Origin: Candidatus Latescibacterota bacterium
GTDB lineage: Bacteria > Latescibacterota > UBA2968
Length of the DNA: 64,000 nucleotides
Assembly (NCBI GenBank): GCA_965205975.1
Contig: OZ242195.1
Coordinates: 4,128,001 to 4,192,000, forward strand
Direction: 5' to 3'
Below, in pieces: positions 1 to 7,452 of the stretch (the stretch's first letter is position 1; each line of letters starts with the position of its first letter). Made by a program: the position numbers and the translations under genes. The notes below the pieces were generated by a model. The model did not search any database. It had not been told where the DNA came from and worked only from the letters and a program-made list of their open reading frames with translations.

Positions 1-2
1 GC

Positions 3-218
3 GGGGGCAGCATGAGCGAATCCATCCTCGCCCGATTCGACTGCGACCTCAGCCGCGACACAGACCGCCCCCTCTTCAAAAACAACAACCTGCGCTTTGA
101 CGAACCCACCTACTTCCAGCGCGTCCTCAAATTGCCCGAATACCTCCAAAAGCAAATCCTCAGAGAACAGAATGATACTGATCAAAATACCATCGGAACC
201 TTCAAGGAGCCATCATGA
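3..218 (+). CDS. 3' end of a gene entering from the left edge (hypothetical)
   Basis: Frame is open back to the window edge; its stop overlaps the next ATG (ATGA at 215-218), suggesting translational coupling. Confidence 0.5.
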   Translation, partial: GGSMSESILARFDCDLSRDTDRPLFKNNNLRFDEPTYFQRVLKLPEYLQKQILREQNDTDQNTIGTFKEPS

Positions 219-1291
219 AAACGATCTACCGTTTAACACTCGTGCAAGGGATATGCTGTTTCCTGCTCATCGGCGGACTGCTCGCCCCACCCGCAGAGGC
301 AGTTAAATTTCGCACCGAAGCAGGTCAACTCCAGCAATCAAAATTCGTCATCGCCATACCGGAGTCCTGGAACGGAAAACTCCTAATGCTGGCGCACGGC
401 CATCGCTCCGAAAATGCGCCCCTGAGCGCCGATTTTCGCACAGAGTCTCCCACGTACCAGCATTTGCTTGCCGATGGCTGGATGATCGCATCTACCAGCT
501 ACCGCCGCAACGGAGCGATCATCGTCGATGCGGTAGCGGACATCGAACTGCTACGCCAGCACATTGCCCAAACTTATGGCGCGCCCAAACGTCTGCTTGT
601 ACAGGGCAGCTCAATGGGCGGTGCGATCGTGACACTGATCGCCGAAACCGCACCCGAAGGTTATGACGGCTTGCTCGCGTTGGGGGCGGCACTGCAAGTG
701 CGAGATGCAGAGCAACCCCACGAATGGCGTTATACCCCGCGTCTCCCGTTGCTCTTCGTCAGTAACCAGAGTGAAGTGGAGGGACCCCAGGCGTATATCC
801 AGAAAGCGGCAAAGGCACCGAATGTGCCAGTGTTCTGGTCTGTGGCACGCGACGGACATGTGAACCTCAGAGAGATCGAACGGGAAACCGCGTTGCGCGC
901 GCTCGACGCCTATCTGGACACCGGCACGATTGAACGAGACAAAGACGCGACCATCGCTCCGAATCATGTGTCGTCTGCGGAATTTGTGGAAGGTGGGGCT
1001 TACACAAAGATAGAGAGCATCTCCTCGACCTACGGCAACATCAACACCGAATTTATCGAAGGCGACCTGCAGCAACTTGGCATCTCTCCCAAAACCCGTT
1101 TTCAGGTCAGCTATGGGGAGCAGACGTTCACAGTGTTGCTTGCCACCACCTATGGAGACGTACCGCGGGGAGAGTGGGTTGCATTCCTGACAGCGGAAGG
1201 TCGCTTGAGGATTGCTCGCAACTACGAAAACGCCTCAAAGACACTTGGGTGTAAGGAGGGCGACAAAATCTTCATCGCGCCCGCCGAATAA
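215..1291 (+). CDS. Secreted alpha/beta-hydrolase fused to a SAM hydrolase/halogenase-type C-terminal domain
   Basis: Signal-peptide-like N-terminus (..PPAEA); HG motif, GSSMGG nucleophile elbow, GH catalytic His; C-terminus YGNINT..TYGDVPRGE..EGRLRIARNYENASKTLG..GDKI matches the SAM hydroxide adenosyltransferase C-domain pattern. Confidence 0.7.
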   Translation: MKTIYRLTLVQGICCFLLIGGLLAPPAEAVKFRTEAGQLQQSKFVIAIPESWNGKLLMLAHGHRSENAPLSADFRTESPTYQHLLADGWMIASTSYRRNGAIIVDAVADIELLRQHIAQTYGAPKRLLVQGSSMGGAIVTLIAETAPEGYDGLLALGAALQVRDAEQPHEWRYTPRLPLLFVSNQSEVEGPQAYIQKAAKAPNVPVFWSVARDGHVNLREIERETALRALDAYLDTGTIERDKDATIAPNHVSSAEFVEGGAYTKIESISSTYGNINTEFIEGDLQQLGISPKTRFQVSYGEQTFTVLLATTYGDVPRGEWVAFLTAEGRLRIARNYENASKTLGCKEGDKIFIAPAE

Positions 1292-1313
1292 ACCTTATAA
1301 AAGGAGTTTCTAC

Positions 1314-2540
1314 ATGGAAATGCTGTATCTATTGATCGCATTTGTAATTGGAGGCGTGGTTGGGGGCGTGATTATGAGCCTGCGAAAGAATGGGGATGAG
1401 GCTTTGCGAATTGAGTTGGCGAAGTTGCAGAGCGAGAAGGACGCCCAGGCGGACAAAGAAGAGTGGATCAAAAAAGCGGAAGAAAAATTGCGCGAGGCTT
1501 TTGACTCGCTGGCGGGCAAGTCATTGCGTCACAATGCCGATGCATTTTTGAAACAGGCGCAAACGCAAATGACCGGCGTACTAAATGAGGTCCGCGGCGA
1601 TTGGAAGACGCAGAAATCGGAAATGCAAAACTTGATGACGCCAGTGCGAGAGAATTTGGACAAACTCGACGGACATGTGCGGTTGCTGGAGGAAAAACGA
1701 GAAGGCGCGTATCGAGCACTCGACCAGCAATTAAAGGAACTCATGGATATGCAGCACAAACTTCAAACCACGACCGTCACATTATCTCAGGCACTCAAAT
1801 CATCTTCTGTGCGCGGACAATGGGGCGAGATTCAGTTGCGTCGCGTGGTGGAACTGGCGGGCATGGAACGATGGGTAGATTTTGAGGAACAGGTATCAGG
1901 TGACAGTGGCCGTCCGGATATGGTTGTGCATTTGCCTGGTGGGGGAGCGTTGCCAGTAGATGCCAAAACACCTATGACATCTTATTTGAACGCCGCGGAA
2001 GCTGATGATGATAAAGCATACAAAAACTATATGAGAGCACATGCTCAAGCAGTGCGCGGTCGGGTGCGCGAATTGGGGCAAAAAGCCTACTGGTCGCAGT
2101 TTGAAAAGACGCCAGAGTTTGTCGTCATGTTTGTGCCTGTTGAAGCCAGTGTTGCCGCGGCGTTTGAGGAAGAGCCAGGTTTGTTGGACGATGCCTTGCA
2201 AAGCAAAGTGCTGATTACAACGCCCGTGACACTGTTGGCGCTCTTGAAGGCTGTTGCTTACGGCTGGCAACAACAGGCGGTGTCTGAAAACGCGCGTCAA
2301 ATAGCCGCCGCGGGCAAAGAGTTATACCAGCGCATAACGCCATTTTTTGCCCACCTTAATACCCTGGGAAGTCGTATCGATCAGACCGTTAAGAGTTATA
2401 ATCAGTCCATCGGGTCACTGGAACACAGGGTTTTGCCCTCTGTGCAGCGGCTTCAGGCGTTGGACGTTGGAGACAACGAACTCAATGCGCCCCAGACCAT
2501 TGATCAACGCACCCGGTCATTGCCCGAAGCGTTAGAGTAG
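1314..2540 (+). CDS. rmuC: DNA recombination protein RmuC
   Basis: N-terminal TM helix, coiled coil, RGQWGEIQLRRVVELAGM, RPDMVVHLPG, VDAK, FVVMFVP motifs; AAGGAG RBS at 1301 supports the ATG at 1314. Confidence 0.93.
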   Translation: MEMLYLLIAFVIGGVVGGVIMSLRKNGDEALRIELAKLQSEKDAQADKEEWIKKAEEKLREAFDSLAGKSLRHNADAFLKQAQTQMTGVLNEVRGDWKTQKSEMQNLMTPVRENLDKLDGHVRLLEEKREGAYRALDQQLKELMDMQHKLQTTTVTLSQALKSSSVRGQWGEIQLRRVVELAGMERWVDFEEQVSGDSGRPDMVVHLPGGGALPVDAKTPMTSYLNAAEADDDKAYKNYMRAHAQAVRGRVRELGQKAYWSQFEKTPEFVVMFVPVEASVAAAFEEEPGLLDDALQSKVLITTPVTLLALLKAVAYGWQQQAVSENARQIAAAGKELYQRITPFFAHLNTLGSRIDQTVKSYNQSIGSLEHRVLPSVQRLQALDVGDNELNAPQTIDQRTRSLPEALE

Positions 2541-2634
2541 CCGAAGCGCAACATCAGAGTGAAACAGACGATATTAGGGCCTCTACAACAGGATGGTTCA
2601 AATTATGGGTTACAGATCCCTTGTCCCATCCGAT

Positions 2635-4557
2635 TTAGTATTTAAAAATCTCATTACTGCCCGAGAGGCTGTTAAGAGTAACCCTTTTATCCACTGGGTT
2701 CTTAATACCCTCAACTCGCCATCGCTCTAACGCAAAATTCACATATCTTTCCTCGTGTAGATCGAGAAATCTCGTATAGACTAAGTACCAATATTTCCAT
2801 GTCTTATTCTTCCGCTGTTCGTTGTTTTCTATCTCTTCCTGCGCTTGATCGAATAAATCTATCAACTCTCGGATCATCCGCGTATCCGGAACTTTTTCTG
2901 TGTTTCTAAAGTACTCCGTAACTTTTTCTTCGGGTGTTTTTTTTCCCATGCTTAGGTTTATAGATTCTTTGAGCAATATAAAATTTCCAAGGCGCCTTTT
3001 ATTTCTGTCAAGATTACCTTTGTCATTAATTCTCTTTGTATCTGCAACAGCCCAGATGTGTTCTAAGTGATAAAAGTCATTGGGATGTTGAGGATCTCTC
3101 TCAGCCAGATATTGCTCTAATTTTTCCTCTCTTCCCTCCTTGCGTTCCAAATTTCCCTCATAACTTGCCAGAAAGTATTTCAGCCATGACCAGTGATAGT
3201 AGTCTCCTGATTCATCTATATCTAAAGTCAGATTTTTGATCAGGTTTTTGTCTTTGGCATTATTATTTACAAATTCGCGCAATCGTTCTTCCAGCCATGA
3301 TGCATTGATCAGCACATCATCACGAGTTTTTGAATGATGGTTATAGAAATCGTGAGCCAACTTAAAAAGTTCTCCCTGTCCAGAATCAGTCCGGGAGGCA
3401 ATACCTGTTCCGTAGAATCGAAAGTTGAGTTTTTCAACCAATTCCAATAAAGGTACTCTCGTTGAGGCCTCAGTCTCGCGGTTAAATATTGCAAGAATCA
3501 ATGGCAACACGGATGCCAAGACAGGTTGATGCCCAAGACGAGTCAGGCATTCCTTTTCTTTATCTTCAGTTACTCCTTCTCTTGTGTAAAGTTTCTGATA
3601 CGTAAGTGCTGTTTTTTCGAGAAATGCGACGAAATCTTCGAGCCGCTTCCTGTCATTCCCTGTGGTGGGGAACTGATCTTTCAGGTTGTCATAGACGTTG
3701 AAGCTTTTGTTTTTAGTAGCGTCCTGAAATACGATCCAGCAGTTACGAAGGAATCCATTTTCGTCATCGTTGGATGTGTGATTGCAGCGATTAAGGTGTT
3801 CTAATATTTCTGACCACTTGTCATCCACAGCCTTTTTTAAGTCCTGAATGTCATTCTTTTCCGAATAGTACATAAGATAATTTTTCACTTTTTCCAATTC
3901 GCTCAGTGGTTTCCCCCGGTTATTGATAACTTCGAACATGATGCCTATTTCTCTCGTGTTATTAGGGGCGTACATTAGGAATCCGAGTTGGTTTGTAATA
4001 TATTCATAGATTTTAGAAAGAGATATTCCATTTTTAGGTTGAAGCCATTTCTTAAACTGATCAAATGCATCAACAATGTTTTGATGTCCCTTATTTTTAA
4101 CTTTTCCACTGGAGTCTGAGTCAGGTTCCTTAACCATATCCCAAAATAGGTTATCTTGTTCATTTGATAAGGCAAATTTGCGACAGGTGTTTCCGTGTTC
4201 GCTCCCTTCTTCAAGAAAGTAACGTCTCAAATCCTCTGGTTCCGGAATATTCCTTCGTTCACAGACATGAGCCATGCAGGACAAGAGAATTATCAGGGTT
4301 GCCAGTCGCTGTTGACCATCTACTATTTCGAAGTGGTCATTATCCTGAATTGAGTCTTTCTTGACTGCAACCAATGTGCCAGTATAGTGGCTATATCCCC
4401 CGTCCATTCCATATTCTATATCTTTGATTAAGTCTTTGCGCTGGTCTTCCTCCCATGAGTATCCGCGTTGATAGGCAGGGATACTGAATGATCTGTTTCC
4501 CTCAGCGAAAACCTGCTTCAATGTGAGTAATTCAAGACGTTGTTCAATGGTGAACAT
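2635..4557 (-). CDS. DUF262-DUF1524 (GmrSD/SspE-like) modification-dependent restriction endonuclease
   Basis: IPAYQRGYSW, IVDGQQRLAT, FEVINNRGKPL (DUF262); LEHIWA..LGNFILL..IN (DUF1524 HNH-like); GGAGG RBS; AT-rich. Confidence 0.88.
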   Translation of the reverse strand: MFTIEQRLELLTLKQVFAEGNRSFSIPAYQRGYSWEEDQRKDLIKDIEYGMDGGYSHYTGTLVAVKKDSIQDNDHFEIVDGQQRLATLIILLSCMAHVCERRNIPEPEDLRRYFLEEGSEHGNTCRKFALSNEQDNLFWDMVKEPDSDSSGKVKNKGHQNIVDAFDQFKKWLQPKNGISLSKIYEYITNQLGFLMYAPNNTREIGIMFEVINNRGKPLSELEKVKNYLMYYSEKNDIQDLKKAVDDKWSEILEHLNRCNHTSNDDENGFLRNCWIVFQDATKNKSFNVYDNLKDQFPTTGNDRKRLEDFVAFLEKTALTYQKLYTREGVTEDKEKECLTRLGHQPVLASVLPLILAIFNRETEASTRVPLLELVEKLNFRFYGTGIASRTDSGQGELFKLAHDFYNHHSKTRDDVLINASWLEERLREFVNNNAKDKNLIKNLTLDIDESGDYYHWSWLKYFLASYEGNLERKEGREEKLEQYLAERDPQHPNDFYHLEHIWAVADTKRINDKGNLDRNKRRLGNFILLKESINLSMGKKTPEEKVTEYFRNTEKVPDTRMIRELIDLFDQAQEEIENNEQRKNKTWKYWYLVYTRFLDLHEERYVNFALERWRVEGIKNPVDKRVTLNSLSGSNEIFKY

Positions 4558-4752
4558 GTAAAGCCTCCCGTGTATTGGTCAACTTAAAAGATAGAGCAAC
4601 AAATGTTCTCGGATAGCCAAAAAAAGGCCGATCTTCCTTATCAATATGAACAGATTCCAATGTATAAAAAATAAATTACAGATGTCAAGATCAATGGTTC
4701 GGACACTTTTTGATAGATTCTCCATTAGATAAAAACCTGAGTTTCTATAATA

Positions 4753-4779
4753 CAAAAGGGGATTATATACAATAGTGCC
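4753..4779. repeat. Left copy of a 27-bp imperfect inverted repeat flanking the 233-aa gene
   Basis: caaaaggggattatatacaatagtgcc matches the reverse complement of 5514-5540 at 24/27. Confidence 0.85.
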
Positions 4780-4792
4780 CAAAAATTACCCA

Positions 4793-5494
4793 TCACTCTC
4801 GTATATACCGCAGAAACACACTTCCGTCCCTATCATCTAACCACTCCTCAAGACTTGTCCCATTCAAAACACTTACAGGAACATCTCTCCATTCCTTCTT
4901 GCTAAAATTCCTGTAACCCATATACTCCAACATACCAGACGCAGGATAATGAACATTTAAAATCTCTACACTACCATCATAATCCTCATCAAAAATGAAC
5001 GGACGACCACTAACACGACTAAAAATATCTCCCGTAATACGCCCCAACCTCGCAGACCCCATATAACGCTTTTCATAGAGAGAATCCATATATATTGTAT
5101 ATGCGCGGCTCTTGCCACTCAACGCACCACGCGGAACAATCAAAACAGAATCTTGATCAGACTCTACACCCAAGTCTGCGACAACACGACCAAACACCTC
5201 TAAATCCATGACCTCAGGCTTCCCCTGATGAACAGTTCCTTTATTGACAATAAAAAAACTTTCCTCTCTCCTAACCCTCCCTTCCCTATCTTTCCAACGA
5301 CCCTTCAGGGAGATAATAAAAAAACTTGACCACAACTTTAACTTTGCCAACAACTTCGCATGTCGCTTTCTCTGCTCCCGACGGGGAATATTGCCTCCCG
5401 TAATATATCTCGAAATCATCGCACAATCATACGTCTCATTGTGTTCCACAATCCGAGATAAACCCTCCAACATCAAACCAGAACGACTATCCAT
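4793..5494 (-). CDS. Hypothetical protein, phage SAM-lyase-like motifs (paralogue A, 233 aa)
   Basis: CAMISRY..RKRHAKL..LKGRWKD..REESFFIV..GVESDQDSVLIV..SRAYTIY; ATG at 5494 follows a GGGGG RBS-like run; clearly paralogous to the 5549-6592 product. Confidence 0.6.
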   Translation of the reverse strand: MDSRSGLMLEGLSRIVEHNETYDCAMISRYITGGNIPRREQRKRHAKLLAKLKLWSSFFIISLKGRWKDREGRVRREESFFIVNKGTVHQGKPEVMDLEVFGRVVADLGVESDQDSVLIVPRGALSGKSRAYTIYMDSLYEKRYMGSARLGRITGDIFSRVSGRPFIFDEDYDGSVEILNVHYPASGMLEYMGYRNFSKKEWRDVPVSVLNGTSLEEWLDDRDGSVFLRYIRE

Positions 5495-5513
5495 AATATA
5501 ACCCCCAATAATT

Positions 5514-5540
5514 GGCACTATTTTATATAATCTCCTCTTG
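5514..5540. repeat. Right copy of the 27-bp inverted repeat
   Basis: ggcactattttatataatctcctcttg; reverse complement of 4753-4779 at 24/27. Confidence 0.85.
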
Positions 5541-5548
5541 GAAGCATC

Positions 5549-6592
5549 TCAATCGAACAGCAGATAAGAGTCTGTTTGCGCCTGGTATAAGGGTTTCAGT
5601 TCGTGTATATACAGGCCAACGTGCTCAGAAATAATCCACAGATCATTTGGGCGATCCAGCCTGCCACTTAGAAACCGCACCGTGTAAACGTCATCATCCT
5701 GGTAATACGTAATATAGCAAGAAGATGCACCATTCGTTGCGCTCGGTGCCATTGGTAACAACATCCAGAAGTTGCCATACCAATCTACACCATAGCGTTC
5801 ACCTTTTGCACCCATCAGGCGATACAGGTTATCCCGCCCGCCAAATCCATTCATAGCCGTTTCTATAAAGTCATTTATATCGTCGTCACAGGCAACATAC
5901 TCGGGAATCTCCTGAGATGGGATGTAAAACTCACGACGCGGTTCTCTTTTAGCCTGAAGAGAAAAACCGGATAAACAAATTTCTGTTTCTTCCCAGTCTT
6001 CTTGTCCCAGTCGGTGAAAAAAATCAAGACCCATATTATTTGCGGCGTCCCTATGTTGTGTGACAGCCTTTATTTTTTTTATTGAATCGGCGTCTCTGCC
6101 ACCAACGCGAGCAAAAAAGGCTTTAATCTCCCTGTTTATAAGCGTCCGACCAAAGAACTTTTTCTCCTTATTTAACAATCGCAAAAAATTGTGCTCGCAC
6201 GTATTGGTACGGGCATAATATGCCCGACTCTTACCCCTACCTTGCAGCGCACCTTTCGGAATAATCAGAACAGCATCTTGTTCAAAACTCTCCCCAAAAG
6301 AAATGATATTCTCGGCAAACTGTTCACTGCCATGATAATTGAGAACAAAAAAAGTTCTCTCCGAAGAATCCTGCCCACCATCCCTGAATTGACCCAAAAC
6401 CGATATCGCGCGGTAACGCCTGCTCATCAGTTTGTATAACAAATTGGTGCTTCGCTGTAAGTTTTCTCTTTTGGTATATCTCTTGCCCTGCCCACAATCT
6501 CGTGCTGTGCGATATGCCGAAATGAACGCACAATCATGTTGGTTGTCGTACGTGAGAAAGCTATATAGCTCTGATTCCATAAAAAAATCCAT
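5549..6592 (-). CDS. Hypothetical protein: N-terminal SAM-lyase-like domain plus C-terminal phage/MGE-type domain (paralogue B, 347 aa)
   Basis: CAFISAYR..ENLQRS..VLGQFRD..SERTFFV..GESFEQDAVLII..SRAYY; AAAGGA RBS before ATG 6592 (alternative start 6607). Confidence 0.62.
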   Translation of the reverse strand: MDFFMESELYSFLTYDNQHDCAFISAYRTARDCGQGKRYTKRENLQRSTNLLYKLMSRRYRAISVLGQFRDGGQDSSERTFFVLNYHGSEQFAENIISFGESFEQDAVLIIPKGALQGRGKSRAYYARTNTCEHNFLRLLNKEKKFFGRTLINREIKAFFARVGGRDADSIKKIKAVTQHRDAANNMGLDFFHRLGQEDWEETEICLSGFSLQAKREPRREFYIPSQEIPEYVACDDDINDFIETAMNGFGGRDNLYRLMGAKGERYGVDWYGNFWMLLPMAPSATNGASSCYITYYQDDDVYTVRFLSGRLDRPNDLWIISEHVGLYIHELKPLYQAQTDSYLLFD

Positions 6593-6625
6593 GATCTGTC
6601 CTTTCATAATTGATTCCGTCCCTGA

Positions 6626-7432
6626 TTATGCCTGCTCTGGCGTCATCATCACGGCAATGTCTTCTGGCAATTTCACATCATATTTCTCCTCAAATTCCTC
6701 AACATTTTTGTAATTCTCACAAAATCTCCTGATAATATCCATACCCTTGCTCTTGACAATTGTCAGATCTGCTCTGGCGTTATACCATCTGCCCATGCGT
6801 AACCACGTTTCACCGCGGTAATAATAGGCCACAGTGTAATCCGGGTATAATTCTATGGCCTTGTTAAAATCTTCAATAGCACAGTCATACGCGCATTTAT
6901 CCCTGTAAATTTTGCCACGATAGAAATAGGGGTCGGGATTATCCGGATCCAGTTCCATAACCGCGCTGTGGTCTTCCAGAGCCAGGGCACTCTCACCTTT
7001 AAATTCGTAACAAAAACCACGCAGATAATAGTATATTTGGTCGTATGGGTTTAGTTCTATGGCTTTGGTGAAGTCCTCAATACCCTGGTCAAGGTCGCCT
7101 TCATCACTGTAAGCATTGCCGCGATTGAAATAGGCGTCAGGATCATCCGGGGCTATTTCCATGGCTTTATTGAAGTCTTCTAGAGCCAAGTCATCCTCGC
7201 CTTTATATCTATAAGTCTTGCCACGATTGTTATAGGCTTCCACATAATCCGGGTTCAGTTCTATGGCCTTATTGAAGTCCTCAATACCCCGGTCATAATC
7301 GCCTTTATCGCTGTAAACACTGCCGCGATTGTTATAGACTGTCGCATCAGTCGGGTTCAGTTCTATAACTTTGGTCAGGTCTTCAATGGCAGGGCCATTC
7401 TCGTCTCGATCAAAAATATCTAAAATATCCAT
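6626..7432 (-). CDS. Tetratricopeptide repeat protein
   Basis: About six 34-aa repeats of the form AYxNRGxxYxxKGxYDxAIEDFNKAIELNP; AAAGGA RBS before ATG 7432. Confidence 0.93.
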   Translation of the reverse strand: MDILDIFDRDENGPAIEDLTKVIELNPTDATVYNNRGSVYSDKGDYDRGIEDFNKAIELNPDYVEAYNNRGKTYRYKGEDDLALEDFNKAMEIAPDDPDAYFNRGNAYSDEGDLDQGIEDFTKAIELNPYDQIYYYLRGFCYEFKGESALALEDHSAVMELDPDNPDPYFYRGKIYRDKCAYDCAIEDFNKAIELYPDYTVAYYYRGETWLRMGRWYNARADLTIVKSKGMDIIRRFCENYKNVEEFEEKYDVKLPEDIAVMMTPEQA

Positions 7433-7452
7433 GACTTGTCCTTTCGCAATGG

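Noticed and set aside
4579..4782. 67-aa minus-strand ORF between paralogue A and the GmrSD-like gene
   Set aside because: AT-rich, TTG start without an RBS, overlaps the inverted repeat; more likely promoter DNA.
6626..7432. Near-periodic ~102-bp DNA repeats
   Set aside because: Explained by TPR coding repeats, not a non-coding array.
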